Shown here: positions 10,708-20,871 of the stretch, piece after piece
How the letters are laid out: each line of letters starts with the position of its first letter
Position numbering within the stretch: the stretch's first letter is position 1
DNA from: Nitrospinaceae bacterium
GTDB lineage: Bacteria > Nitrospinota > Nitrospinia > Nitrospinales > Nitrospinaceae
DNA length: 64,000 nucleotides
Assembly (NCBI GenBank): GCA_965237905.1
Contig: OZ250172.1
Span: forward strand, 2,176,001 to 2,240,000
Direction of reading: 5' to 3'
The notes under the pieces: generated by a model
The model's input: only the letters and a program-made list of their open reading frames with translations
The model's database searches: none
Told to the model about the DNA's origin: nothing
Program-made: the position numbers and the translations under genes

Positions 10708-11979
10708 TTATGAGGTGAGCCTTAAAAACATACTTTTAACTGCCCGATAACTATTGACCAGAAACGCCTCTAGCTTGGAACGCCAATAGGATCGGGTATC
10801 GAATAGTTTATCGTGGGTCTCGAACAGTAATTTCGGAATTTCTAATTTTTCAGGGCATTTGGGCAGACAATCACCGCACTCGGTACAGGCCGAAGCGAAG
10901 TTTCCAGGGAACCAGTGGCCCTTGCCGCCCAGCATATTGTAGCGGTACTTCCCGTAAGTCTGCATGTCATAGCCCTCCAGCAGGTTGCGAAACCGGAGCA
11001 CCTCGGGGATGTTGATGTTCTCCGAACAGGGCAGGCACTCACTGCAGTATGTGCAAAAATCCGTAATGGAATGGGCGGCGTTATCCAGGGTGGCCTTTAC
11101 CCCCGCATCCTCCTGGGAAAAATAATCGTCGCCATTCAGCATGGCAAGGTTCTGATCGAAATGTTCCGGCGCGTGCATGCCCAGAGTTAGGGTGGTGACC
11201 TGCGGATGACTCAGGCAGAAGCGCCCGTTGAACTGAACGGCGGTCAGGGGATGGCTCAGCTCCTTTAGCTTGTCGGACGGGTTCCACAACTGTCCGCCCT
11301 TGTCGTTGGGAGAAATGATGAGGATGCCCAGGTCTTTTTCCTCTGCCAACTCTATTGCAGGCCGGTTCCGTTGGAAAAAATAATAGTAATGCAGATTGAC
11401 GAAACTGAACAGGTCCGTGCGGATGGCCTTTTCAATGATGGACAAAGGGGCGTGGGTGGAGAACCCGATATGGCGGATCAAGCCTTCCTCCCGCAGGCGG
11501 TGCAGGGTTTCCACCGGGCCGCCGGTTGCCACCGCCGCTTGCAAACGCTCTTCATTATTAATACCGTGCCAGCCGTAAAAATCGATGTGGTCCAGTTGCA
11601 GGGCTTCCAGTTGTTGTTCCACCAGCGCGCGGGTTTCGTCGCCGGTCATGGGTGAGCCCTTGGTCATCATTTTGAACTGATCGCGCGGGGTTCCCAGTTC
11701 CTTCAGAACCTTGCCATACAGGTGCTCGCTTTTGACATAGCCGTAGGCGGTTTCAATATGGTTGATGCCCACCTCGAAAGCCAGACGGGTGGTTTCCAGG
11801 CAATTTTGAAGCGCCGCTTTGGGAAGCCAGGTCCGCGGCGGAGTCCAGCCGTACTTGAACCGCATGCCTCCCAGGGTGAGGACCGAAATCATCTCCACCG
11901 TTTTGCCGAACCGCCGGTACTCCATCGGCGGATGTTTGGGTGTGGGGCGAGTCGATATTTCAGAAGAGAGTCGGGTCAT
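10708..11979 (-). CDS. Aldo/keto reductase with C-terminal 4Fe-4S dicluster domain
   Basis: YRRFGKT, GINHIETAYGY, HIGFSTH, CTYCSECLPC and CTECGDCLPKCP; start uncertain. Confidence 0.88.
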   Translation of the reverse strand: MTRLSSEISTRPTPKHPPMEYRRFGKTVEMISVLTLGGMRFKYGWTPPRTWLPKAALQNCLETTRLAFEVGINHIETAYGYVKSEHLYGKVLKELGTPRDQFKMMTKGSPMTGDETRALVEQQLEALQLDHIDFYGWHGINNEERLQAAVATGGPVETLHRLREEGLIRHIGFSTHAPLSIIEKAIRTDLFSFVNLHYYYFFQRNRPAIELAEEKDLGILIISPNDKGGQLWNPSDKLKELSHPLTAVQFNGRFCLSHPQVTTLTLGMHAPEHFDQNLAMLNGDDYFSQEDAGVKATLDNAAHSITDFCTYCSECLPCSENINIPEVLRFRNLLEGYDMQTYGKYRYNMLGGKGHWFPGNFASACTECGDCLPKCPEKLEIPKLLFETHDKLFDTRSYWRSKLEAFLVNSYRAVKSMFLRLTS

Positions 11980-12239
11980 GAGTTCCGCCAAGCGTTCAAA
12001 AGAATTGATTTTACCATGCTAGGGAAGAAAGGGATTGCCGTCAATCACCGCGGGTAGTGTGCCGGAAAGAGGGTTGGAAAAGCCAATGAAATCATAGTAC
12101 TCTAGCCTCTGTAACCTGATCCCACCTGACTGTTTCAGTTGGATTATTTTTAGTTCTTCCGCCATTTCTGTAAGGAATCATCTTGAGCACCTTTCGTTTT
12201 CCTATGCAAACCTCTCTTAAGATGAAAGGAAGAGAACTT

Positions 12240-13358
12240 ATGAAACCGCTCTGGTTTCCCAGTTTAAAACTTTCAATTCTTCCATTCATCGTGTTGGCTT
12301 GGGTTGTGACCTCTGCGTGTTCATCGCAAGTAGACTCTGAGGAGAAAGGTCAGACGAAGACCGAGAAGCCGTCAAAAGGTCAGGCGCTGATCGATGCAGC
12401 ATCCAATGGCGACGCGGCCCGTGTGAAATCTCTGCTGGCCCAAGGCGCCGATGTTAATTATCAAACGGTTTTTGGCGAAAGGGCTTTGGGAAAGGCGGCC
12501 TGGAATGGGTATGTGGCTGTGGTGAAAATACTACTGGCTGAGGGAGCTGAGGTCAATTATCTAAAGAGAGGCGTCTGGAGTGCCTTGAGGTATGCGGCTC
12601 GGAAAGGCCATGTGGAGGTGGCGAAGATACTGCTGGCACAAGGTGCCGAGATTGACCTTCGAGGAGATGATGGCATGATGCGACTAGATGATGGCATGAC
12701 GCCACTAATGGAGGCGTCATTATATGGTCATGAGGAGATGGTCAAGTTATTGCTGGCAGAGAAGGCTAAAGTTAACCTTCAAAACAAATACGGCGGGACG
12801 GCCTTGATGGTGGCTTCCTCGGAGGGGCATACGGCGGTGTTGAAGATGTTGCTGGATCAGGGTGCTGAGATTAATCGTATTGCTAAAAGTGGCGGGAACG
12901 CCTTGATGAGAGCGTCTTGGTCGGGGCATACGGCGGTGGTGAAGATGTTGCTGGCTCATGGTGCCGAGGTTAATCATAATAACAAGGATAATTATACGGC
13001 CTTGCATAATGCTTCTAGAAATGGGCATACCGAGGTGGTGAAGATACTGTTGGCCCAAGGTGCCGATATCAACCATCAAGATAAACGTGGCGATATGGCT
13101 TTATTTCAAGCGTGTTTCAGCGGACATGAGGCGGTGGTGAAGATACTGTTGGCCCAAGGTGCTGAGATCAACCATCAGGGCCAACTTGACCAGACGGCCT
13201 TGATGATGGCCTCTTCACGAGGGTACTTGGCTGTGGTTAAGATGTTGCTGGCTCACGGTGCCGAGGTCAATCATCGTGCCACATTTGGTAAAACAGCGCT
13301 TGGTATGGCGAAAACCAAAGACATTGCTCAACTGCTGAAAGCGGCCGGGGCCAAGTGA
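12240..13358 (+). CDS. Ankyrin-repeat protein, probable lipoprotein
   Basis: About nine TALMxASxxGHxxVVKxLLAxGAxVN repeats; signal peptide ending TSAC. Confidence 0.92.
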   Translation: MKPLWFPSLKLSILPFIVLAWVVTSACSSQVDSEEKGQTKTEKPSKGQALIDAASNGDAARVKSLLAQGADVNYQTVFGERALGKAAWNGYVAVVKILLAEGAEVNYLKRGVWSALRYAARKGHVEVAKILLAQGAEIDLRGDDGMMRLDDGMTPLMEASLYGHEEMVKLLLAEKAKVNLQNKYGGTALMVASSEGHTAVLKMLLDQGAEINRIAKSGGNALMRASWSGHTAVVKMLLAHGAEVNHNNKDNYTALHNASRNGHTEVVKILLAQGADINHQDKRGDMALFQACFSGHEAVVKILLAQGAEINHQGQLDQTALMMASSRGYLAVVKMLLAHGAEVNHRATFGKTALGMAKTKDIAQLLKAAGAK

Positions 13359-14617
13359 AAATGTCGTCCTTTCGTTTCATCCATTGTTCCGATCTGCATA
13401 TCGACAGCCCGTTCAAGGGATTCTCCGCGATTCATCCGGAGTGGGCCCTGCGTCTGCGCGAGGCGCCCCTGCAATCGTTTTTGAATATCGTCGACCTGGC
13501 GGTTCGGGAACAGGTGGACGCCGTCATCATTGCGGGCGACGTATTTGACGGCGAGGACAAAAGTCTGCAGGCGCAGTTCAAGTTCCGGCGCGGACTGCAA
13601 AGGCTGTCCGATCACGGCATCCCTTCTTTTATCGCGCACGGCAATCACGACCCGCTCAACACCTGGTCCACCACTTTGCAATGGCCGGAGGGAGTGACGG
13701 TGTTTCCCGGCTCCGGTGTGCAATCCGTTCCGGTAATGAAAGAGGGCCAAACGTTGGCGCACATTTATGGCACCAGTTTTCCCGAACGGGATGTGTTTGA
13801 CAACCTGACGCTACAGTTCGAGCGACAACAGGATTCGGGTTTCGCGGTGGCGGTTTTGCATGCCAACGTGGGAGGTCATCCGGACCATGATCCTTACGCG
13901 CCTTGTTCGGTGGACGATCTGGTGGCGCGGGGAATGGATTACTGGGCGCTGGGTCATATCCATCTGCGCGAGGTGTTGCGCGAGAGCCATCCGGCGATCG
14001 TGTACTGCGGCAATTCGCAGGGCCGGCACTTCAAGGAATCCGGTCCTCGAGGCTGTTGCCTGGTGACTTTGAAGGAGGGCGCGTTACCCGATATCCAGTT
14101 TCTGGCGACCGATACCATCCGTTTTGTCGAAAGCGCCGTGGACGTGTCCTCTTGTGCCTCGCTGGACGCCGTGGTGGAGGAGATTGTCCGCCAGTGTCAA
14201 ACACTTTTGGATCAGGCCGAAGGCCGGAGCCTGGTGGTCCGCCAGACTTTGATCGGACGCACGGAAGTTCATACGCTTCTGCGCAAGGGGGGGACATTGG
14301 AAAGTTTGCGGGAAGAAGCGTTCCAAAGTTTTTCAGACCGGGGCGCCGGCCTGTGGCTGGAGTTCCGTCTGCAAACCCGCGGGGCGTACGATGTCGACGC
14401 CCTGAAACAGGGCAAGGACTTTATCGCGGATTTGATTGCCCTGTATGACGATAAGACGGCTCCAGGGGCTCTCCCGGAATGCCCGGAATCTCTTAAAACA
14501 CTGTTTCGATCCTGGGAAGGCGGTTACCTGCTTTCGGAATTGACCGATGACGAACTACGGGAGATTTTATTCCAGGCCCGCAACCTGACTCTTGATATGT
14601 TGGTGAACCGTGACTGA
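13355..14617 (+). CDS. SbcD/Mre11-like metallophosphoesterase DNA repair exonuclease (YhaO family)
   Basis: DLH, GDVFD, GNHD and YWALGHIH motifs. Confidence 0.9.
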   Translation: MKMSSFRFIHCSDLHIDSPFKGFSAIHPEWALRLREAPLQSFLNIVDLAVREQVDAVIIAGDVFDGEDKSLQAQFKFRRGLQRLSDHGIPSFIAHGNHDPLNTWSTTLQWPEGVTVFPGSGVQSVPVMKEGQTLAHIYGTSFPERDVFDNLTLQFERQQDSGFAVAVLHANVGGHPDHDPYAPCSVDDLVARGMDYWALGHIHLREVLRESHPAIVYCGNSQGRHFKESGPRGCCLVTLKEGALPDIQFLATDTIRFVESAVDVSSCASLDAVVEEIVRQCQTLLDQAEGRSLVVRQTLIGRTEVHTLLRKGGTLESLREEAFQSFSDRGAGLWLEFRLQTRGAYDVDALKQGKDFIADLIALYDDKTAPGALPECPESLKTLFRSWEGGYLLSELTDDELREILFQARNLTLDMLVNRD

Positions 14618-14648
14618 ATGTTAATTTTGCAACCGACCTGAAGACTTC

Positions 14649-17357
14649 ATGCAAATTCGAGAAATCCATATAGAGCGTTTTGGTAAATTTTCGCACTGCC
14701 GTGTGGTTCCGGTATCGCCGGGGCTGAACGTGGTTTACGGCAGGAACGAGTTCGGCAAGACCACCTTGTTGGAATTCATACGCTGGGTATTATTCGGGTT
14801 CGAAAAAAAGCGGAAGGGAATGAATTCCTACGCGCCGGTGACCGGTGGCGAGCATTCGGGAAAGCTGATGTGTGAAATGGTCAATGGGGAGCGGATTTTT
14901 ATTTCGCGCACCGGAGGCACTCTGGAAGGCCAGGTGACAGTTCAGGCGGCGGACCGGGAGGGTGCGGGTCAGGCTCACCTCGAATCGTTTCTCGGGCATG
15001 CGTCTCGAAAAATATTCAAAAATATTTACGCCTTCGCGTTGGATGAGTTGCAGGATTTGGATTCACTCATGGAAGAAGAGATCAAAAACAAAATCCTGGG
15101 CGCCGGGATGGGCCTGGGCCAGGTGTCGCTGAACGAAGTAGAGAAAGAGATTCGCGAACAACGGGATGAGATGTTTAAACTCCGGGGCTCCAACCCCGTC
15201 ATGAATCAAGGGTACCGGGAAATCAAAAAGCGGGAGGAAGAACTTCGCTCCCGGTTCAACGAAGTGGATCAGTATGATGAGTTGAATAAAAAGATCGAGG
15301 CTCTGGAGCAGACTCGTAAGAAAGGGGAATCTGATAGTGAACAGTTGGAATCGCGCCGGCGGACTCTGGAGGTGAGACGCGAAGTGTTCGTCGATTTTAT
15401 CGACCTCCAGGACCAGACCACGCGACAGAAAGAACTGGCCGGGGTTCCCGCAATGGAAGAAGAGAGCATGCTGGTATTTGAAAAGGTCCAGACCAAAATT
15501 GAGGACTTGAACCCACGGTTGGAAGAGGAGAAGGGCAAGCTTCATCAACTGAAACTCAGGCGGGATCCTATTATCGTTAACCAATCCCTGCTCGACCGGG
15601 AAACCGAGGTCATGCAACTGCGTCAACTCACTGGGGTGGTTCGGTCCGCGCAGGTGGACAAACATGAGGTCTTACAGGAACGGGATCAACTGAAAGAAAA
15701 AATCCGTTCGGAAATTGATGGCATTAACCGGGATTGGGATGAAGGCCATGCTCTTGCCCTGGAATGGGTCGATGCTGAAAAGCAGTTCGTTGAAAAACAG
15801 GAACAAGCTTTATTGCATTCGGAACAATTTGTTGAGAATGTCAAGAATCGGCTGGAGCTTCATCAGGAACAACTCGTTACGGACAACGCCCAGCCGAATG
15901 ATTTTCCGCAGGGCATCCGTGTGTCTTCCTGGTTTTTGATGGGAATAGGAGTGCTGGGTGCCGGCTTTGCTTTGTTCTCGGCCAATATGGAACTGGGGAT
16001 TTTTATGGGGCTGATGCTGGCCGCCGGGATCGGTCTTTATGCCTGGGCATCCTTCAGCCGTCCGGAGGGCGAAAAGGAGGATCTGCTGGACAATCTTTTG
16101 CGGGGCAAATTGGAAAAAGCGGAAAATGATCTGGAAGCGGAGCAGGAGGTCTGGAGGCAATGGGTGGAAGACAAGGGGCTCGACCCGGAGACATCCATCG
16201 CTCTATTCAAGGAGATTCAAATCCGCGTGCGCGCCGTCAAGGAGTGGGTGCACCAGAAACAGAATCTGGATGAACGTATTGAGCGGATGAGAAAAAAGGA
16301 AGAGGAGGCGGAGGCATTGGTTGCCGCTCTTTCAGAATGTGTCAGCGAGGTGTACTTGACGAAAGATGTGTTGGTCAATATCGATGTGTTGTCCAAACAC
16401 TTTGATGAAGCCCGGGAGGATTTCGGTAAATGCAAAGACCTGGATGGCCAAATCAATGAGCAGACCGGGCGCATAGAAGGAATCGCTGCTCAACTGGAAA
16501 GCCAGCAGGAGTTGTTGGGTCATTTACTTCAGTCGGCAAAAGTAGACAGTGAGGAGAGTTTTCTCCTTCAGTGGGATAAGGCACAGGAAAAAAGTGCGCT
16601 GGGAAAATCCATTCGGGAAATTCAAACGAGAATTCAAACGCGGGTGGGGCTGGGAGAGGCGTATCAGAGGTTCATGGAATCCATGCAGGATACCGATCCC
16701 GAACAATTGGAGCAGGAGTTGGCGGATGTGTTGTCACGGTTGAATAGTGTTCATGAAGAGCAGAACCGGGTGAACCAGGAGATCGGGCAATTCCGGGGCG
16801 AAGCCGCGCAGCTGGCTTCGCGGGAAGATCTGGTTCGCCTGCACAATGAATTGGAATCCAAAAAAGAGCAATTGATGAATGGAGCCCGCGAATGGGCGAC
16901 GTTGACATTGGCGCTGGACATGCTCGATCAAGCCAAGGCGCGATATGAGAAAACCCGGCAACCTCAGGTGTTCCAGGCGGCGGGCCGAATGTTTTCCCAG
17001 ATCACCGACGGCAATTATCAGGGGGTGGAAAAACCTCTGGAGAGCGATGAATTCCGGATTGTGCAAGGGAACGGGGGATTCAAAAGCCCGGTGCAACTCA
17101 GCCGGGGCACCCGGGAACAGTTGTATTTGTCCATGCGCTTCGGTTTGATCGAGGATTATGAAACCCGCGCCGAGCCGTTACCCATTGTGATGGACGATGT
17201 GTTCGTCAATTTTGACGACACCCGGCGTGAACATGTTCTGGACATTTTGCGGGATTTTGCCCGGGACCGGCAGGTGATCATCCTTTCCTGCCACGAGCAT
17301 TTGGTGGAAACCTATTTAAAATATGGCGCAAAACAGGTTGAGTTGCAGAAGGAATAA
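14649..17357 (+). CDS. SMC/SbcC-like AAA ATPase (YhaN family)
   Basis: Walker A GRNEFGKTT, coiled coils, central TM pair, signature LSRGTREQ, Walker B IVMDDVFVNFD. Confidence 0.9.
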   Translation: MQIREIHIERFGKFSHCRVVPVSPGLNVVYGRNEFGKTTLLEFIRWVLFGFEKKRKGMNSYAPVTGGEHSGKLMCEMVNGERIFISRTGGTLEGQVTVQAADREGAGQAHLESFLGHASRKIFKNIYAFALDELQDLDSLMEEEIKNKILGAGMGLGQVSLNEVEKEIREQRDEMFKLRGSNPVMNQGYREIKKREEELRSRFNEVDQYDELNKKIEALEQTRKKGESDSEQLESRRRTLEVRREVFVDFIDLQDQTTRQKELAGVPAMEEESMLVFEKVQTKIEDLNPRLEEEKGKLHQLKLRRDPIIVNQSLLDRETEVMQLRQLTGVVRSAQVDKHEVLQERDQLKEKIRSEIDGINRDWDEGHALALEWVDAEKQFVEKQEQALLHSEQFVENVKNRLELHQEQLVTDNAQPNDFPQGIRVSSWFLMGIGVLGAGFALFSANMELGIFMGLMLAAGIGLYAWASFSRPEGEKEDLLDNLLRGKLEKAENDLEAEQEVWRQWVEDKGLDPETSIALFKEIQIRVRAVKEWVHQKQNLDERIERMRKKEEEAEALVAALSECVSEVYLTKDVLVNIDVLSKHFDEAREDFGKCKDLDGQINEQTGRIEGIAAQLESQQELLGHLLQSAKVDSEESFLLQWDKAQEKSALGKSIREIQTRIQTRVGLGEAYQRFMESMQDTDPEQLEQELADVLSRLNSVHEEQNRVNQEIGQFRGEAAQLASREDLVRLHNELESKKEQLMNGAREWATLTLALDMLDQAKARYEKTRQPQVFQAAGRMFSQITDGNYQGVEKPLESDEFRIVQGNGGFKSPVQLSRGTREQLYLSMRFGLIEDYETRAEPLPIVMDDVFVNFDDTRREHVLDILRDFARDRQVIILSCHEHLVETYLKYGAKQVELQKE

Positions 17358-17366
17358 GGAAAAGGT

Positions 17367-17396
17367 TTGACAACGAATGAATATTTCATTTATTAT
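17367..17396 (+). promoter_or_regulatory. sigma70 promoter with palindromic operator in the spacer (probable TetR autoregulation)
   Basis: TTGACA (17367) to TATTAT (17391); AATGAA-TAT-TTCATT at 17376-17390. Confidence 0.65.
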
Positions 17397-17410
17397 TCAC
17401 TAACTAACCT

Positions 17411-18022
17411 ATGGGACACTCCAAAATGAGCACAGGCGATTTGACAGCTGAAGATATCAAAAGCTTGATTTTGGAGAAGGCCATAGACCGCTTTATCCGG
17501 TACGGATTTGGAAAAACCACCATGGTGGAAATAGCCAAGGACTGCGGTATGTCCGCCGGCAATCTGTACCGGTATTTCGAAAGCAAATTCGATATCGGCG
17601 TGGGAGTGGCCCAGCAATATATTTCCAAAGCCGAGAAAATTCTAAGCGACGTGCTCCAGCGGCCGGGCCTGAAGCCTGCCCAGCGGTTGGAGGCTTTTGT
17701 TCTGGAAAAACTGAAGTTCATGCACAGTCATATCATCGACCAGTCTAATGTGCAGGACCTGGTCAACTACATCCTGGATGAACGTTGGGACTTGGTGGAA
17801 CGCCACCGGGATGTTCAGAATGCTCTCATGTCCGAAATCCTTTCCGAAGGCAACCGTGCTGGTGCATTCAAAGTCGCCGATGTGGCTCAGACCGCCAATG
17901 CGATTTATGCCATGACCACCAAATTCCGTCTGCCGCACTTCATCAAGAACATAACTTTGGAAGAGCTGGAGCAAGAAGCGAAAGAGGTTGTGGACTTGAT
18001 GATCCAAGGGTTGAAAGGGTAA
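17411..18022 (+). CDS. TetR/AcrR family transcriptional regulator
   Basis: FIRYGFGKTTMVEIAKDCGMSAGNLYRYFESK HTH. Confidence 0.93.
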   Translation: MGHSKMSTGDLTAEDIKSLILEKAIDRFIRYGFGKTTMVEIAKDCGMSAGNLYRYFESKFDIGVGVAQQYISKAEKILSDVLQRPGLKPAQRLEAFVLEKLKFMHSHIIDQSNVQDLVNYILDERWDLVERHRDVQNALMSEILSEGNRAGAFKVADVAQTANAIYAMTTKFRLPHFIKNITLEELEQEAKEVVDLMIQGLKG

Positions 18023-18142
18023 CCCGTTCGTTCTTGCTGAGTCGTTGGGTCGTACATTATTGATAAAAAAGGGTTTCAATTTTTGGAATCCCGGTTATCC
18101 TATCAAATATCGAATAGTTGAATTTTCTGAATTGGGAGAAGA

Positions 18143-18556
18143 ATGATGAAAGCTAAATTTTTATGGATTGTCTCGTTGGGATTCGTCCTGATATCCTTAC
18201 CCGCCTGTTTCAGTCATCCAACCAATGCAGGCCGGGATGGCAACGCGACCAATTTGACGGTCGGTAAAGTTCAGGGCGAAATTAAGGAAGGCATGCCCGC
18301 CTCCGATGTTGCGGCCATTCTGGGGTCGCCCAATATTGTGACCACCGATGAAAAACGCCGAGAAGTCTGGATTTACGATAAAGTCTCTTCCAACCGTGTG
18401 GACACACGAAACTCCTTCGGGGGAGGTATTATTATCCTGGGGGGCAGTACCCGCCAGGCAGAAAGCACCAGTACTCAAAAGACTTTGACGATTATCATTA
18501 AATTTGATGAGATGAAAAGAGTGAGAGACTTTGCTTACAACTACACCCAATTCTAA
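18143..18556 (+). CDS. SmpA/OmlA(BamE)-like outer membrane lipoprotein
   Basis: Lipobox LPAC; IKEGM..DV..ILGSP..W.Y pattern. Confidence 0.65.
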   Translation: MMKAKFLWIVSLGFVLISLPACFSHPTNAGRDGNATNLTVGKVQGEIKEGMPASDVAAILGSPNIVTTDEKRREVWIYDKVSSNRVDTRNSFGGGIIILGGSTRQAESTSTQKTLTIIIKFDEMKRVRDFAYNYTQF

Positions 18557-18566
18557 AATCCTTTCC

Positions 18567-19154
18567 ATGAGAAGGCGGATATCCCGGTGGTTGCTGCTTC
18601 CAATTGCGGGCGGCTTGTTATCGGGATGTGTGGGGGCGATGCCCAAGCCGGCGGAATTTTTTAAATTGACTCCGCAAAGTACCCAGCACCGGGCTCTGCA
18701 GACCCGTATGTTTGAGACGTCCAATGAAAAGGAACTGCTGTCCGCCTCGGCCGCCGTCCTGCAGGACCTGGGTTTCCAGGTCGAGGAGAGTTCGACGGAA
18801 GTGGGCATGCTGCGTGCCGCCAAGGAACGGGGTGCCCGGGAATACGGACAGGAAATAATGCAAAGTCTCATTTTTATACTGAGTATTTTTGGCCAAAGAG
18901 CCGTTATTGTACCGGTGGATGTGCATCAACAGATCAATGCCACCCTGGTGACCCGCCGGTCGGAGACTGATTCATCCCGTTACTCGGTTCGAATCCTTTT
19001 TCATCGATCGATTTGGAAGGGGGATGGCAATACCGGCGACCAGCATATTCCGCCCGGACAACAAAGCCTGGAAATGATCGTCGACGCTAAAATCTATCAG
19101 CAGTTTTTCGCAAAACTGTCCAAGAGCGTATTTCTCGAAGCTCATAAAATCTGA
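18567..19154 (+). CDS. Uncharacterised lipoprotein (paralogue 1 of 3)
   Basis: Lipobox LSGC; RALQTRMF, VLQDLGF, IYQQFF. Confidence 0.7.
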   Translation: MRRRISRWLLLPIAGGLLSGCVGAMPKPAEFFKLTPQSTQHRALQTRMFETSNEKELLSASAAVLQDLGFQVEESSTEVGMLRAAKERGAREYGQEIMQSLIFILSIFGQRAVIVPVDVHQQINATLVTRRSETDSSRYSVRILFHRSIWKGDGNTGDQHIPPGQQSLEMIVDAKIYQQFFAKLSKSVFLEAHKI

Positions 19155-19160
19155 GGGAGG

Positions 19161-19598
19161 ATGAATGTGAACGCCCGAATTAGTTTATTCGCATTAGGTT
19201 TGGCTTTTCTTTTACAGGCTTGTGTGGGAGGGCCTCAAAAAGCACCGAAAGAGTTACTGGCTCTCAACGAGGCCCAGATGAAAATACGGAGCTTTCAGAC
19301 CCGGGCCTTTGATGTCAAAGATCAGAACAAAGTTTTGAGAGGTGTGGTGGCTTCCTTGCAGGATCTGGGATTCATCGTCGAACGGGCCAACGGCCCCATG
19401 GGATTGGTTACTGCGGGAAAGTTCGGACCCAATGGCCGTGGATTTGTGGAATTAACCGTTGTCGTACGGGCCAAGGGGAAAGAGCAGACCGAGGTTCGGG
19501 TCAACGCCCTGTTCAATACCAAGCCCATTGAAGATCCGAAAATTTACCAAAACTTTTTCATTGCAGTGGAACGTTCCTTGTTTATTACACGAGGATAA
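19161..19598 (+). CDS. Uncharacterised lipoprotein (paralogue 2 of 3)
   Basis: Lipobox LQAC; RSFQTRAF, SLQDLGF, IYQNFF. Confidence 0.7.
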   Translation: MNVNARISLFALGLAFLLQACVGGPQKAPKELLALNEAQMKIRSFQTRAFDVKDQNKVLRGVVASLQDLGFIVERANGPMGLVTAGKFGPNGRGFVELTVVVRAKGKEQTEVRVNALFNTKPIEDPKIYQNFFIAVERSLFITRG

Positions 19599-19628
19599 GA
19601 CGGACCTATAAGACACTGCCGGAGAAAA

Positions 19629-20204
19629 ATGAAACTCTCGTTATTATCTAAAAAACCTTTCGGTCGTTTTGCCTTGGTACTGCTCGTGAGTCTGATGTTC
19701 CAGGGATGCGCCATGCAATGGGGGGCGGAAATCCAATGGAGTTCCCGAAGCCAGATCCTGATGTCGGAAGACAGCCAGGTCAAACTGCGGGCTATCCAGA
19801 GCCGGGTGTTCGATACCACGGATCGAGCCAAAATTTTACGAGTTGCCGTGGCGACCATGCAGGACCTCTTTTTTGATATCGATGTGCTGGATGAGGAACT
19901 GGGGGTTGTATCGGGTAAAAAATGGTTCAATCATGGGAGCTCCTGGGCGGACCATCCAACGTATTACCTGTATAAAACCGATGAATTGATCATATTCAAT
20001 ACCAACTTTAGAAGCTGGGGACCGTTTAATTATCGAAATGACCTGACCCGCATGACGATAACCGTGCGCCCCAAGGAAAAGACCCGGTCATTAGTGCGGG
20101 TTAGTGTGCAATACAATATCAGAGCCGTCGAGGACCCCGAGATGTATCAGAAGTTTTTCAAAACTCTCGGTCAATCCATGTTTCTTGCTGCAAAAATGGA
20201 GTGA
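19629..20204 (+). CDS. Uncharacterised lipoprotein (paralogue 3 of 3)
   Basis: Lipobox FQGC; RAIQSRVF, TMQDLFF, MYQKFF. Confidence 0.7.
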   Translation: MKLSLLSKKPFGRFALVLLVSLMFQGCAMQWGAEIQWSSRSQILMSEDSQVKLRAIQSRVFDTTDRAKILRVAVATMQDLFFDIDVLDEELGVVSGKKWFNHGSSWADHPTYYLYKTDELIIFNTNFRSWGPFNYRNDLTRMTITVRPKEKTRSLVRVSVQYNIRAVEDPEMYQKFFKTLGQSMFLAAKME

Positions 20205-20454
20205 GCTAGTAGCCTTCTCCATCCTTCTACCTTCCCTTGAAATCCTTGTTGGCTACGGAATTACCCATCCACTCATCTTTGCTTCAATTTTAATATTCTG
20301 TAAAACATTCAATTTAAAACCGGTCGTGCCCCACGAAGCGGGAACCCAGTGATCGGTTGCTTTTTGGGTGGATTCGGGTTAAAACAAAATAGCCTACACT
20401 GCCGGTGGGTGACTCTGGCCACCGGATGAATCCCACCTCTTAAGGAATTCATAT

Positions 20455-20862
20455 ATGCCATTCAAAAAAGCAATCCGGTTCTGTGGAGTGTATCTGTTGG
20501 CGGCGATCATGCTCTGGGTGCCCACCATTGCCCAGGCAGAAATGCTGAGTACCCAGAAAACGCTCCAATCCTTAAGCAATAATGCTGAAAAACGAGAGTG
20601 GCTCACCGCCATGGTCCGCCGCAAGGAGGTGCAGGTACAACTGCAGGAATACGGCGTGTCCAGAACCGAATCGATGAACCGTGTCAACAGTATGACCGAT
20701 GATGAAGTGGCCTCCATGATTGATCAAATCGAAGAGTACGTCGCCGCGGGGGATCCACTCTGGAGAGCTTCTGGAGAGAGTGACGCGGGTTATATTTTCA
20801 CTATTATTATAGCTTTACTCGTCATGGGTTGTCTGGCGGCTTGTTGGCTCCTCTTTATCTGA
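20455..20862 (+). CDS. PA2779-family exported protein
   Basis: Signal peptide (AQA), L..YGV....RV.SMTDDE motif, C-terminal TM; precedes a PA2778-like peptidase. Confidence 0.7.
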   Translation: MPFKKAIRFCGVYLLAAIMLWVPTIAQAEMLSTQKTLQSLSNNAEKREWLTAMVRRKEVQVQLQEYGVSRTESMNRVNSMTDDEVASMIDQIEEYVAAGDPLWRASGESDAGYIFTIIIALLVMGCLAACWLLFI

Positions 20863-20871
20863 GTAATCCTT

